Part shown: positions 44,879 to 56,236 of the stretch, one piece after another
How positions within the stretch are numbered: the first letter of the stretch is position 1
How the letters are laid out: each line of letters begins with the position of its first letter
Assembly (NCBI GenBank): GCA_046351595.1
Contig: JAXLYE010000001.1
Coordinates: forward strand, 455,955 to 519,954
Direction: 5' to 3'
Length of the DNA: 64,000 nucleotides
From: Polyangia bacterium
GTDB lineage: Bacteria; Myxococcota_A; Polyangia; Palsa-1104; JAEUJZ01
Program-made: the position numbers and the translations under genes
Notes under the pieces: generated by a model
Told to the model about the DNA's origin: nothing
What the model saw: the letters and a program-made list of their open reading frames with translations, nothing else
Database searches by the model: none

Positions 44879-45748
44879 TCACCGGACCATGAGCGCCTGG
44901 TTGGACTCGCGGTACGAGGTGGTGCTGCCGTCGGGGTTTCTGACGGTGTACGCGTAGGTGTTGAAGGCGGCGGAGCTCAGGATCTGCACGTCGGCGGCCT
45001 GCGGGCAGGCGCTGCGGATGCGCGCGAAGTCGAGCGTCAGCTGGCCGTAGCTGACGTAGGTCACCGCCGACGGCGGGTAGCTGAGCGGGTCGGCGCACGG
45101 CGCCTGCACCAGCGACTTGAGGATGGTGTTGCTCAGGCACGTCTCGTCGGGGATCGGGATGGTCAGCGGCGCGGCGCGGCCCATATCGAGGCCGCTGTGG
45201 TCGAAGCCCCAGCCGTACAGGTTGACGCTGCCGCGCGCCGTCGGCAGCGTCATGCGGAAGTCGCGGCTGACGTTGATCACGCGCGGCTCGCGCGGCACCA
45301 GCAGGCCCTCGCCGATCGTCACCTTCGGGCAGGCGGCGGCGGTCTGCAGGGTGCTGTTCAGCGTCACCACACCCGCGTTCTGCTCGGGATCCAGGCTCAC
45401 CTCGAGCTGGGCGCCGCGGCCGCTGACGCGCGTGGCCGGGAGCACCGACGTGATGCAGCGATCGGCGTTGACGGTGGCCAGGCTCAGCACCGCGCTCTCG
45501 GACTCGGGCGGCAGGTTGAGGCCGATCAGAAGGTGCGCCCGCTGCTCGTCGCTGATCGGGATCGCGAGCGACTGCTTCGGCGGGTTGCCGCGCTCGTCGA
45601 GCATCGACACCAGGAGGTGCGTAGTGCCGGCGGGCAGGTCGCGCGCCGCGACCTTGAAGTCCGGGATCGGCGCGCAGCCGCTCGCCCCGCACAGCGCGCC
45701 CGCGGCGACGATCGGACCCAACAGACGCAGCCAGGAGCAATCCGACAT
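44879..45748 (-). CDS. hypothetical lipoprotein
   Basis: MSDCSWLRLLGPIVAAGALCGASGCA contains a lipobox. It is the third gene of the kinase-TPR/TM unit, 18 nt after 45767. Confidence 0.7.
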   Translation of the reverse strand: MSDCSWLRLLGPIVAAGALCGASGCAPIPDFKVAARDLPAGTTHLLVSMLDERGNPPKQSLAIPISDEQRAHLLIGLNLPPESESAVLSLATVNADRCITSVLPATRVSGRGAQLEVSLDPEQNAGVVTLNSTLQTAAACPKVTIGEGLLVPREPRVINVSRDFRMTLPTARGSVNLYGWGFDHSGLDMGRAAPLTIPIPDETCLSNTILKSLVQAPCADPLSYPPSAVTYVSYGQLTLDFARIRSACPQAADVQILSSAAFNTYAYTVRNPDGSTTSYRESNQALMVR

Positions 45749-45766
45749 GAGGGGCCTCCGCCGTAG

Positions 45767-46411
45767 CTAATAGGGCAGCGTCAGCGTGCCGGTGTCGGTG
45801 TGCTGCCGGGCGTCGTAGATGGCAAAGCCCAGGCCCACCGCCAGCCCGACCGCAGCGACGCTGGCGATCGACAGCCAGAACCAGGCGCGCTTGTAGATCG
45901 GCTTGCGCTGCAGCTGCAAAAGGTCGCGCTCGGCCTGCTCGGCGCGCAGCTCGCTCTCCTTGGCGTGCGCCTGCTGCTCGATGGCCACCTGCAGCGTCGA
46001 GATGTAGCCGCGCGCCTCGGTCACGTAGGGGTGCCGCGGCGCGGTGCGCACGAACTGCTCGTAGGCGTCGCGGGCCTCGATGAAGCGGTCGCCGCGGCGG
46101 AAGGCCTGGCCGGCGTTGAACAGGTACAGCGCCTTGGGATCGCGGCGGTAGGCGCGCAACAGCGCGGCCCCGGCGTCGGGGAAGCGCTGCTCCTTGAACA
46201 TGCGCGCGGCGTAGGCGGCGTGGGCGCTGGCCGAGGCGTCCTCAGGCGGCGCCGGGCTCGCGCTCGGTGCGGGCTCGGCCTCCTCGACGGCGGCGGGGCG
46301 GCTCGGGCGCTCGCGCGCCAGCCCCTGGCCGCACCAGCCGACAAGGACCAGGAGCACGGTGACTCCGCACAGGGCGCTGCAAAGCAGGCGACGGGCAGTT
46401 GGCATCATCAC
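45767..46411 (-). CDS. TPR-like protein with C-terminal TM helix (paralog of 3419..4297)
   Basis: A signal/TM N-terminus is followed by LYLFNAGQAFRRGDRFIEARDAYEQF, a coiled segment and TM helix AWFWLSIASVAAVGLAVGLGFAIY. The gene starts 3 nt after the kinase stop. Confidence 0.75.
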   Translation of the reverse strand: MMMPTARRLLCSALCGVTVLLVLVGWCGQGLARERPSRPAAVEEAEPAPSASPAPPEDASASAHAAYAARMFKEQRFPDAGAALLRAYRRDPKALYLFNAGQAFRRGDRFIEARDAYEQFVRTAPRHPYVTEARGYISTLQVAIEQQAHAKESELRAEQAERDLLQLQRKPIYKRAWFWLSIASVAAVGLAVGLGFAIYDARQHTDTGTLTLPY

Positions 46412-46414
46412 GCC

Positions 46415-47746
<1,332 letters not shown>

Positions 47747-48027
47747 GTTGGCAGCCGGGCTGGAATGCGGATCGCCGCGGTCCGTCCTCCGTCGACCCTG
47801 CGCAGCGCGACCACGCAGCCCCTCCAAGAGAGCCAGTATATCGCAGCTTGTCTCCTCGTGGCTGACGGCCCAGCGGGTCGGGGAGCGTGCGCGCGGCGTG
47901 CGCGTGCGTCCTACCTCGGCCCCGCACGCGGCGCGTCATCTGGTTCGTCAGGCGACACCTCGCGCCGCACGTCGCTGGGTGGCGACGCTGACGCTGTCCG
48001 CCGACCGACCGCGTCACGCCGCCGGTG

Positions 48028-48567
48028 CTACGGCTTGCGCGCGCGCCGCTTCGGAGGCGCGGCCGGCTGTCTGGGTCGCCGGGCCGCCGCGCGCCGCAGC
48101 AGCTCGTCGATGCGCACGCCGTTGATGATCAGGCCGGAGATCTCGGCGTCTTCGATCACCACGTCGCTGAGGTCGACGTCGCGCAGCTCGGCCCCGGCGA
48201 GGTTCGCGTCGCTGAGCGAGAGCCGCCGCAGGTCGGCATCACGCACCCGCGCGCCCGCGAGCGCCACGTCGTCGAGCACGCAGTCGCGCAGGTCGACGTC
48301 GCGCAGCTCGCTGCGCCGCGCGTCGGCGTCGGTGAGGCGCAGGCCGGTCAGCGTCGCGTTGCCGATGCGCGCCCGGCGCAGGCTCACGTCCTCGAGCACC
48401 GCGCCGTCGAGCACCACGTCCTCGAAGCGCGCGCCGCGCAGATCGGCCTCGCGGAAGCTCGGCGGCTCGCGCACGGCCGCCGCACGGCCCGGCGCCCGCT
48501 TCCGCCGGCCGCCCGCTGGAGCGTCCCCGCCTGGCTGCTGCGACCGACCCGAGCGTGACTTCGCCAT
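48028..48567 (-). CDS. pentapeptide-repeat protein
   Basis: ATG 48567 (MAKSRSG). There are more than 20 consecutive A(D/N)LxG-type pentapeptides (ADLRGARFEDVVLDGAVLEDVSLRRARIGNATLTG...). Confidence 0.85.
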   Translation of the reverse strand: MAKSRSGRSQQPGGDAPAGGRRKRAPGRAAAVREPPSFREADLRGARFEDVVLDGAVLEDVSLRRARIGNATLTGLRLTDADARRSELRDVDLRDCVLDDVALAGARVRDADLRRLSLSDANLAGAELRDVDLSDVVIEDAEISGLIINGVRIDELLRRAAARRPRQPAAPPKRRARKP

Positions 48568-48607
48568 GTCCCCCAGCGTACCCCGGCCCCGGTAACATGA
48601 TGGGCTC

Positions 48608-49420
48608 ATGTGCTGCTTCTCACGCCCCATCCCGTATGTCTCCCAGACCGAGATCTTCGCCCGGGCGCGAAACGGCAGCGCCTCCGAGCGCGAGCAGTTC
48701 CTCGTCTACAAGATGAGCGTGCGGCTCGACGAGGAGCTGGCGATGATCCTGCCGCTGCCGGTGCCGCCGGGCTGCGCCGACGACGCGGTCTGGTTCATCG
48801 ATCTGTCCGGCTACGACGACCTGTTCAAGGACCTGGGCCGCGGCTTCCCGTCGCTGCTAAGCTACCCCAAGGGCCGCTCGATCGGCCGCTCCCTGCCGCC
48901 CGAGCAGCCCAGGCTGAAGGTACACACCGTCGGCGACTTCGAGGCCTCGTTCGTGCCGTCGCCGCGCGACTTCGGCCGCCTCGACGAGCGCTTCCGCCTG
49001 CCGCCGAACGCCTGGGACAAGCTGCCGGCCTACGCCGACTACGGCTTCGCGGTCTTCAAGCTGCGGCGGCCCGGCGGCCTGCGCGGGCTGATGCGCCGCC
49101 TGCGGAAGGCGCCGCAGAGCTTCCACCCGATGGCGCTCGTCTTCCCCCGCCGCGACCCGCGCGCCCTGTTCTTCCCGACGGTGCACATCCACGACGGCGC
49201 GGTCCACGACGAGGCGCGCTTCGATCACACGCTGTACTGCCAGCTCGACGCCGGCGGCGTGGCGCCCCGGGGCTGGGAGCGCTCGGAGCGCGCGCTCAGC
49301 ACGTTTGCGGACGCCCGCCGCAGCCGCGGCATCCTCGACGGTGACGCCCGCTGCTTCCGGCGGGTGCTCGAGGGGACGCAGCGCAACCAGGACACGTTCG
49401 TCTACACCGACGGGCGCTGA
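48608..49420 (+). CDS. hypothetical protein starting MCCFS
   Basis: GC3 is high throughout. The protein opens MCCFSRPIPYVSQTEIFARA and contains MILPLPVP. I recognise no domain. It is divergent from the pentapeptide gene. Confidence 0.7.
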   Translation: MCCFSRPIPYVSQTEIFARARNGSASEREQFLVYKMSVRLDEELAMILPLPVPPGCADDAVWFIDLSGYDDLFKDLGRGFPSLLSYPKGRSIGRSLPPEQPRLKVHTVGDFEASFVPSPRDFGRLDERFRLPPNAWDKLPAYADYGFAVFKLRRPGGLRGLMRRLRKAPQSFHPMALVFPRRDPRALFFPTVHIHDGAVHDEARFDHTLYCQLDAGGVAPRGWERSERALSTFADARRSRGILDGDARCFRRVLEGTQRNQDTFVYTDGR

Positions 49421-49475
49421 GCGGCGCCGCCGCCAGTCCAGCGACCGGGCGGCGGCGCCGGGAGGCTCCCGCGCC

Positions 49476-52043
49476 TCAGCGGCTGATGTTCAGCAGCGTC
49501 AGCGGCGTGCTCGGGTTCTCGGTCAGGAGCACGTCGGCCTTGCGGTCGCCGTTGAGATCCCCGACGAAGTAGCCGCGCCCGAGCTCGTAGCTGCGCGGCG
49601 ACGGCGAGAACACGAGGTCGCCGGTCTGGACGAAGAGCTGCAGCCGCTTGGTGGTGCCGCAGCTCACGGCCAGATCGAGCTTGCCGTCGCCGCTCACGTC
49701 CCCGAGCTGGACGTCGAGCGGGAAGTCGCAGACCGCGACGGTGCGCACCGGGCTGAAGGTGCCGTCGCCCTTGCCGAGGAGGAAGCCGACGCTGCCGGCG
49801 TCCGCGCACGCGGTCACCAGATCGAGCTTGCCGTCGCCGTTGACGTCGAGCGCGGTCAGCGACGACGGGCTCGCGCAGGCGGTGACGGAGCGCGCGGTGT
49901 TGAAGGCGCCGGCCGCGGCGGCGCTGCCCTGCAGGTAGCTCAGGGTGCTGCCGTCGGCGTTGGCGGTCACCAGATCGGGCCGACCGTCGCCGCTGAAGTC
50001 GGCGAGGACCACGGCCACCGGGTTCTTGCCCGTCGGAAACTCCTTGGACGTGCCGAAGTTGCCGGTGCCGTTGCCGATCAGGACGCTGACGCTGTCGACG
50101 TCGGCGTTGGCGGTGACGACATCGAGCATCGTATCGCCGTTGACGTCGCCGACGGCGATGGCGTTGGGCGTCTTGCCGACGCTGAAGGTGCGCTGGTTGG
50201 CCATGGTGCCGTCGCCGTTGCCGAGCAGCAGGCTGACCACCGCGGAGTCGTAGTTGGGCGCTACGAGATCGAGCTTGCCGTCGCCGTTGAAGTCGCCGGC
50301 GGCGATCGCGCCCGGGCCCTTGTCGAGGTTGAGGGTGGGGCCGCCGCTCTTGAATCCGCCGTCGCCCAGGCCGAGCGCGATCGAGCCCATGCTGGAGATC
50401 ACCGAAACCGAGGCCAGATCGGTCACGCCGTCGCCGTTGAAGTCGCCGGTGGTCACGGCGTCACGCGCCAGGATGCCGAGGTCCGGAGAGCTCAGCACCG
50501 TGCCGTCGCCGCGGCCGAACAGCACCGACGTGCGTCCGTTGCTCTGCTCGACGCCGACCAGGTCCAGCTTCATGTCCTGATCGAAGTCGGCGAGCGAGGC
50601 GGCGAGGAGCGCGCTGCGCGAGGTGCTGACCCGCGCCTGCCCGCCGAAGGTGCCGTCGCCGCTGCCGGGCAGGTAGACGATGCCCTGGGAGAAGACCGTC
50701 GTGGTGCCGCGCCCGGTGACGACCAGATCGAGCTTGCCGTCGCGGTTCCAGTCGGCCGAGAGCAGGATGCCGCTGCCATAGAGCACGCTGTAGCTGCGCG
50801 CCGCGCCGAACTTGCCGTCGCCCGAGCCGCCAAAGACGAGCGCCCGGCCGTCCACGACCAGCGCCGCCACGTCGGTCTTGCCGTCGCCGTTGTAGTCGCC
50901 CGCGGTCACGGCCGGCACGACGTCGGTGGTGGTGTAGAAGAACGACGCGGCGGGCGGCGCGCCGGTCTGCATCGGGATGACCGCGACCCCGCCCTGCTTG
51001 CCCGTCCCCGGGAACGCCAGGTCGCCGCCGCCAGCGGCCAAAAGGTCGAGCTTGCCGTCGCCGTTGACGTCGGCGACCCGCACCGAGTAGAGCGGCCAGC
51101 CCGGGCTGCGCCACACCGTCGTGGCGGTGCCGAGGCTGCCGTCGCCCTTGCCCGCGAGGTAGGCCAGCTCGCCCGAGCGCGTGACGAAGCAGAGGTCGGC
51201 CTTGCCGTCGCCGCTGACGTCGGCGACGGTGAGGTTTAAGGGCGAGCTGTCGACGGCCGAGAAGCGGGTATCGAAGATCGCGCCGGTGCGCACGAACCGG
51301 CCGTTGCCGTCGCCGAGGAACGTGTTCACGACCGAGCTCGAGACCGTCACGACATCGAGCTTGCCGTCGCTGTTGAGGTCACCGAGGGTGAAGGTCGTCA
51401 CGATCGTGCCGGACAGGTCGAACGCGGGCCCGGGCTGGAGCGGCGCGCGCCCGGCGCTCAGGTGCAGGCGCAGGGTGGCGCCGTCGCTGCTCAGCACGAA
51501 GGCGTCGGGCTTGCCGTCGCCGTTGCTGTCGCCCGTCGCCACCACCTTCGCGCTGTCGCCCTCGAGGGTCTGCTCCAGCGGCAAGAGCGCGACCGGATCC
51601 GCGGCCAGCGTGAACAGGTCGTCGCGCTCGCTGCCCCGGAACGTCAGCGGGTGCTCGACGCGCACCAGCTTCTTGCCGGTGGTGTTGACCCGCGCCGGCA
51701 GCTGCACCTGCGCCTGCGTCGTCGACACCAGCTTGAGCAGCGGCACCGCCGTGCCGTCGATCGTGACGCGCAGGTCGGGCGTGAAGTTGCGCCCGGTCAG
51801 CGTCAGGATCGGCGTCGCCCCGGCGAAGGCCGTCGCCGGCTCGATGCGCACAAGCTGCGGGACGCGCGCGGTCTGGGCGGAGAGCTCAAGACCGGGGCCC
51901 GGATCCGCCGCCGGCTCGTCGAGACCGGGCGATCCGCAGCCGGCGCCGAGGCAGGCGACCAGCACCGCGCCGCCCACCACCGGGGTCCGGGCGCGGGCGC
52001 GCAGCAGCATGAAGGGAGAGAGCGAGCGACGACGACGGGGCAT
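49476..52043 (-). CDS. secreted FG-GAP/VCBS repeat protein with N-terminal IPT/TIG-like domain
   Basis: ATG 52043 follows AAGGAGG. The lipobox-like signal is VLVACLGAGCGS. There are more than 12 repeats of GD(F/V/L)NGDGK(L/P/T)D(L/V)V. Confidence 0.9.
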   Translation of the reverse strand: MPRRRRSLSPFMLLRARARTPVVGGAVLVACLGAGCGSPGLDEPAADPGPGLELSAQTARVPQLVRIEPATAFAGATPILTLTGRNFTPDLRVTIDGTAVPLLKLVSTTQAQVQLPARVNTTGKKLVRVEHPLTFRGSERDDLFTLAADPVALLPLEQTLEGDSAKVVATGDSNGDGKPDAFVLSSDGATLRLHLSAGRAPLQPGPAFDLSGTIVTTFTLGDLNSDGKLDVVTVSSSVVNTFLGDGNGRFVRTGAIFDTRFSAVDSSPLNLTVADVSGDGKADLCFVTRSGELAYLAGKGDGSLGTATTVWRSPGWPLYSVRVADVNGDGKLDLLAAGGGDLAFPGTGKQGGVAVIPMQTGAPPAASFFYTTTDVVPAVTAGDYNGDGKTDVAALVVDGRALVFGGSGDGKFGAARSYSVLYGSGILLSADWNRDGKLDLVVTGRGTTTVFSQGIVYLPGSGDGTFGGQARVSTSRSALLAASLADFDQDMKLDLVGVEQSNGRTSVLFGRGDGTVLSSPDLGILARDAVTTGDFNGDGVTDLASVSVISSMGSIALGLGDGGFKSGGPTLNLDKGPGAIAAGDFNGDGKLDLVAPNYDSAVVSLLLGNGDGTMANQRTFSVGKTPNAIAVGDVNGDTMLDVVTANADVDSVSVLIGNGTGNFGTSKEFPTGKNPVAVVLADFSGDGRPDLVTANADGSTLSYLQGSAAAAGAFNTARSVTACASPSSLTALDVNGDGKLDLVTACADAGSVGFLLGKGDGTFSPVRTVAVCDFPLDVQLGDVSGDGKLDLAVSCGTTKRLQLFVQTGDLVFSPSPRSYELGRGYFVGDLNGDRKADVLLTENPSTPLTLLNISR

Positions 52044-52120
52044 GGACAGGCCTCCTTGGGGGTTGAAGGAGGCCGTGCATAACACGGGGCACTGATACCG
52101 GGGATTCCCCGGTCAGGCGG

Positions 52121-53848
52121 CTAGAACCGGCCCGGCGGGCGCGAGCACAGCGACCAGATGCCCGGCACCGCGACCGTGTCCCACGCCTTGTGCACGGTCA
52201 GCCACTCCTGCGAGCAGCGGCCGTACAGGTTCTCGGCGGCGGCGGCGGTGGCGTAGCGCGCGTCCTCGAAGTTCGACGTCGAGGTCAAGAGGCGCACGTT
52301 GGCGTAGTAGAAGATCCGCAGCGCCTTCTCGATGCCGAGCGGCTTGTCGACCTTGACGTCGGTCTTGCTGCGCGGGTGGCCGCCGCCCTGGGCCATCAGG
52401 TAGAAGGCCAGGTTGCCGATGCCGCTGTTGAAGTGCACGCCGCCGTTGTCGATCATCCCGGTCTCGCGCTCGGGGTAGTAGTCCTTGCTGGCGCCGTCCT
52501 TGGTGGGATCGTTCATCAGCCGCAGCGCGCCGATGGTAGCGAACAACAGGCCGATCACGTCCTCGCCGATCTTCCAGGTGCTGGCGTCGGCGGTGATCGA
52601 CGCGGGGTTGCCCATCGCGCCGCCGCCCGACTTGGACCACGCCTCGCAGCCGGCGCCCAGGATGTCGCTCATCGCCTCGTTGAGCGCGCCCGGCTCGTTC
52701 ATGTACGTGAGGTTCGAGGTCATCGACGTCACGGCGTGCGTCAGCTCGTGCGCGGCGACGTCGAAGCCGAGGGTCAGGTCCTTGAGCGTGAGCAGGCCGC
52801 CGAAGGCGTCGCCGTCGCCGTAGACCATCTGGTTGAACATGTCCGGGATCCACGCGGCGTTCTCGCCCGAGCAGCCCATGCCGGTGTCGAACGTGCCGTG
52901 CACCGACGAGACGAGCTTGGCGCCCTTGTCGTCGTAGGAGTCGCGGCCGAACATGTGCTTGTAGAACCAGTACACCTTGCCGGTGTTGTCGTAGGCGCGC
53001 GTGCCCGAGGCGTCCATCGTCGTGCCGCCCTCGTCCATCAGCTTCGTGCCGGGCAGCTCGGAGCCGTCCTTGAGGCAGACCTTCTTCAGGTCGTAGATCG
53101 AGCGGTCGAGGGCGGTGTACACGCGCGGGTGGCGGGCGACGAGCGTGCCGTCGCTGGCGCTGGCGAACAGCTCGGCGAAGGTGCGGCCCTCGGCGCCGTG
53201 GTACTCGGCGCGGGCGCGGTAGACCAGGCGCGGCGCGCCACCCGGCGGGACGTAGATCGCCAGCGTCGGCGCATCCAGCAGGCGGCCGGTGCCGAGCGTC
53301 GCCAGCGCCGCGCCCATCGCCGCCGCGCCGTCGAGCTTCTTGTCGTCGGCGAGGCGCAGCTCGGGGTGGAGCTGGCCGTGCAGCCGCTCGAGGGCGCCGT
53401 CCGCGGACAGGCCGAGCACCACCTCGCGGCCGACCACGTCGAGGCCGGCGTGGCGCTGCTGCAGCTTGACGAAGCGGCGGCCGTCCTTGTCGGTGGCGTC
53501 CGAGATCACGGTGAAGTCGGTCTCGGGCGCCAGGCGGAACGAGGGCGCGAGCGCGCCGCGCACGAGCAGCTGCACCGCGGCCGCGGCCGGCGCCGAGCCC
53601 ATGGGCGCCATGGCGACCCGGCCGGCGAGGTAGCGCGGCGTCGTATTGTCGGCGTAGGCGACCTCGGTGACGCCGAGCGGGGCGAGCGAGCCGCCCTGCG
53701 TGTGGACCAGCTCCGAGGCCGGCGCGTCACAGCCGGCGACAAGCAGCGAGGCCAGCGACAGCCCGAGGGCGGCGCGGCCAGCGAGGGTGAGGCGGCCAGC
53801 GAGGGTGGGACGGCCAGCGGGGGTGAGTCGGGAGGGAAGGTGCGGCAT
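52121..53848 (-). CDS. M4 (thermolysin-family) secreted metalloprotease
   Basis: The signal/lipobox is LLVAGCDAP. VAAHELTHAV (HExxH) and GALNEAMSDI are present. Confidence 0.92.
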   Translation of the reverse strand: MPHLPSRLTPAGRPTLAGRLTLAGRAALGLSLASLLVAGCDAPASELVHTQGGSLAPLGVTEVAYADNTTPRYLAGRVAMAPMGSAPAAAAVQLLVRGALAPSFRLAPETDFTVISDATDKDGRRFVKLQQRHAGLDVVGREVVLGLSADGALERLHGQLHPELRLADDKKLDGAAAMGAALATLGTGRLLDAPTLAIYVPPGGAPRLVYRARAEYHGAEGRTFAELFASASDGTLVARHPRVYTALDRSIYDLKKVCLKDGSELPGTKLMDEGGTTMDASGTRAYDNTGKVYWFYKHMFGRDSYDDKGAKLVSSVHGTFDTGMGCSGENAAWIPDMFNQMVYGDGDAFGGLLTLKDLTLGFDVAAHELTHAVTSMTSNLTYMNEPGALNEAMSDILGAGCEAWSKSGGGAMGNPASITADASTWKIGEDVIGLLFATIGALRLMNDPTKDGASKDYYPERETGMIDNGGVHFNSGIGNLAFYLMAQGGGHPRSKTDVKVDKPLGIEKALRIFYYANVRLLTSTSNFEDARYATAAAAENLYGRCSQEWLTVHKAWDTVAVPGIWSLCSRPPGRF

Positions 53849-53926
53849 GAAGCTCTCTCCTTGTCGGTGTTGCCTGGAGTTTGGTGAGGCGCGCGAAGTC
53901 CAGCCGGACCGGCGTTGGGCAAGAGA

Positions 53927-54343
53927 CTACTCAAATTCCGCGCGCGCCTTAAGCTCGTGGAACCAGAAAGCAAGGGCCAGGCACACGAGCAGGCCGCTTG
54001 TCGTCAGGCTGACCGTCGGCACCGAGGGCTCCGTCGGCGTAAGCTCAACAAGACCGAGGCGGAAGCGCAGCGCCGGCACCGCCAGCCCGCACAGGAACCC
54101 GACAAGCGGCAGCGGCGCGGCGAGCAGCAGCAGCCCGAGCGCGAGCCGCCGTGCCCCGCGCTGCCGGCGCAAGAGCAGCGGCGCCAGCGCCCCGTGGCCG
54201 ATGATGAGCGCGAGCAGCCCGACCAGCGCCCCGACGAGGTAGGAGCGCTCGTCCGGCATCAGCGTCAGCGTCGGCAAGAGCAGGAGCGACAGCAGCAGCA
54301 CGTGCGCAAGCGGCGCCAGCGTGCGGGCGCGCCACTCAGCCAA
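53927..54343 (-). CDS. small polytopic membrane protein (hypothetical)
   Basis: A TTG start overlaps the upstream stop by 8 nt. There are about 4 hydrophobic helices and GC3 is high. The start is uncertain. Confidence 0.45.
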   Translation of the reverse strand: MAEWRARTLAPLAHVLLLSLLLLPTLTLMPDERSYLVGALVGLLALIIGHGALAPLLLRRQRGARRLALGLLLLAAPLPLVGFLCGLAVPALRFRLGLVELTPTEPSVPTVSLTTSGLLVCLALAFWFHELKARAEFE

Positions 54344-56231
54344 GGCGGGCGTCCCGACGGCGCCGCCGCAGGCCGAGGACGAACAGCGCGGCGCCCAGCG
54401 GCAGGCTCAGCGCGCTCACCACGCAGCCGACGTAGAACGTGCGCGGCGCGTACTTCACCACCACGGTGTGCCGGCCCGGCCCGAGGCCGCGCAGGTCGAT
54501 CGCCAGCCGCCCCGCGACCTTGACCGCTTGGGCGCCCGCCGGCTCGGCGCGGAAGTGCTCGTTCCAGTTCGAGTTGATGAGCAGCAGCGTGTCGCCGCGC
54601 ACGAGCTCCAGCGTGATCTCGCGGCGGCTCGGCGTGAAGCGCTCGGCGAGCACCTGGCCCGCCTGCGGATCTACAAGGCGCGCCTGCGGCACGTCGCCGA
54701 CCTCGAGCTGCTCGGCGCGCTGCAGCGGCGCCTCTTCGTCGCAGCCGAGCACGCCCCAGCCGTGCTGCACCATGAGCTCGCGCATCTGGCTCCAGTGGCC
54801 CTGCACGTGGAAGAAGCGCGTCGCCGCGGCGGGCGCGCTGAGCGGGATCGTGAACACGCCGCGGAAGCTGTAGTGGAAAAAGATCGCGGCATCGAGCGCG
54901 CACAGCCCGCACACGATCGCCAGCACCGCCGTCGCCTTCGTTGCCGCTTGAGGGGCCGAGCGCCGGCGCAGCCAGCCGAGCACCGCCTGCCCGCCGAAGC
55001 CTGCGAGCAGCGCCGCGAACAGCGTCACCAGCACCAGGTGCCGCGACGGCACGCGCAGGTCGCGCAGGATCGGCAGCTTCTGCAAGAGCGACCACGGCGC
55101 CAGCGGCGAGAAGTTGCCCATCGACAGCAGCGCCGACACGATGAGCAGCGCCCACAGCCGCACCAGCCACGTGCGCTCGCCCGACCGGCGCGGCGGCGCG
55201 CCCGGCTTCGGCCGGCGCAGGCCGAGCAGCGTCACGCCGAGCAGCGGCAGCGTGAGCAGCGGCAGCCGCGCCGTGTACTCGTGCGACCAGTACTTGCGAC
55301 CGGCGAGCGGGCCGAGGTCGCGGAACATCACCAGGTCGCGCACGAGGTTGTAGATCGTCGTCATGTCCGGCGTGCGCCGGAACAGCGGCCGCGGGTGATC
55401 GAGGATGAACTGCAGCGTCGGCAGCATGCGCGCCGCCGAGAGCCCGAGCGCGACCACGCCGAGCAGCGCGAGCAGTCCGAGGTTGCGGCCGAGCCGCGCG
55501 AGCAGGCCCGGCTCGCCCGCCTCGCTCTCCGGCTCCGGGCCGAGCGCCGTCGCCACCGCCCACAAGAGGAGCAGCACGCCCGCCATCGCCGGTGTGAAGG
55601 TGCCGCCGAGCAGCGCGATCCAGCCGGCCATCGCGCCCGCCGGGATGATCCACTCGGTGCGCTGCCGCGCGCGATCGAAGAACAGCACCAGGTACGGGTA
55701 CAGCGCGACGCCGGCGAAGTTGATGTGCCCGGCCGAAAGGTGCATCGCCAGGTAGCCCGACAGCGCGAAGCTCGTGGCCGCGATCCACGACGGCAGCGGC
55801 TCAAGGCCCAGGCGCCGCCCGAGCGCCGCGGTGCCGAACAGCGCCAGCACGAGGTACAGCGCCATCGACACCTTCAAGCCCCACGGCGTCCCCAAGAGCA
55901 GCACGAACCAGAAGGTCGGCGCGCCCTCCATCGACTGCGGGTTGGCCAGGCCGACCTCGCCGCCGCACGAGTACGGGTTCCACAGCGGCACCTGGTGGTA
56001 GAAGACCACGGCGCGGCGCGCCATCTCGGTCATCGTCTCGAAGTAGCGCCAGTCGTAGCGCCCGGACCACAGCCCGCCGCTCTGCCACGCCGGCCACAGC
56101 GCGAAGCCGACCAGCGCCGCCGCGACCAGCACCGCGACGAGCCGCCCGCGCCGGCCCCCGCCGCCGCCGTCTCGTCCGCCCGGTCCGTCCGCTTCGGCGG
56201 CCTTCGACCGCTGCGCAGCCGCCGCGGCCAT
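54336..56231 (-). CDS. large polytopic membrane protein, YfhO/GT-C-like putative glycosyltransferase
   Basis: ATG 56231 (MAAAAAQRS) lies 5 nt after the DUF1552 stop. There are more than 10 TM helices, with YDWRYFE...VPLWNPYSCGG near the N-terminus. The fold assignment is tentative. Confidence 0.7.
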   Translation of the reverse strand: MAAAAAQRSKAAEADGPGGRDGGGGGRRGRLVAVLVAAALVGFALWPAWQSGGLWSGRYDWRYFETMTEMARRAVVFYHQVPLWNPYSCGGEVGLANPQSMEGAPTFWFVLLLGTPWGLKVSMALYLVLALFGTAALGRRLGLEPLPSWIAATSFALSGYLAMHLSAGHINFAGVALYPYLVLFFDRARQRTEWIIPAGAMAGWIALLGGTFTPAMAGVLLLLWAVATALGPEPESEAGEPGLLARLGRNLGLLALLGVVALGLSAARMLPTLQFILDHPRPLFRRTPDMTTIYNLVRDLVMFRDLGPLAGRKYWSHEYTARLPLLTLPLLGVTLLGLRRPKPGAPPRRSGERTWLVRLWALLIVSALLSMGNFSPLAPWSLLQKLPILRDLRVPSRHLVLVTLFAALLAGFGGQAVLGWLRRRSAPQAATKATAVLAIVCGLCALDAAIFFHYSFRGVFTIPLSAPAAATRFFHVQGHWSQMRELMVQHGWGVLGCDEEAPLQRAEQLEVGDVPQARLVDPQAGQVLAERFTPSRREITLELVRGDTLLLINSNWNEHFRAEPAGAQAVKVAGRLAIDLRGLGPGRHTVVVKYAPRTFYVGCVVSALSLPLGAALFVLGLRRRRRDARLG

Positions 56232-56236
56232 GCGCC

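Noticed and set aside
49305-51239. 644-aa + strand ORF.
   Set aside because: It is antisense to the FG-GAP repeat gene. The same reasoning applies to 54321..56240 +, 35136..36824 -, 37723..39852 +, 12327..14300 - and 18727..20394 -.
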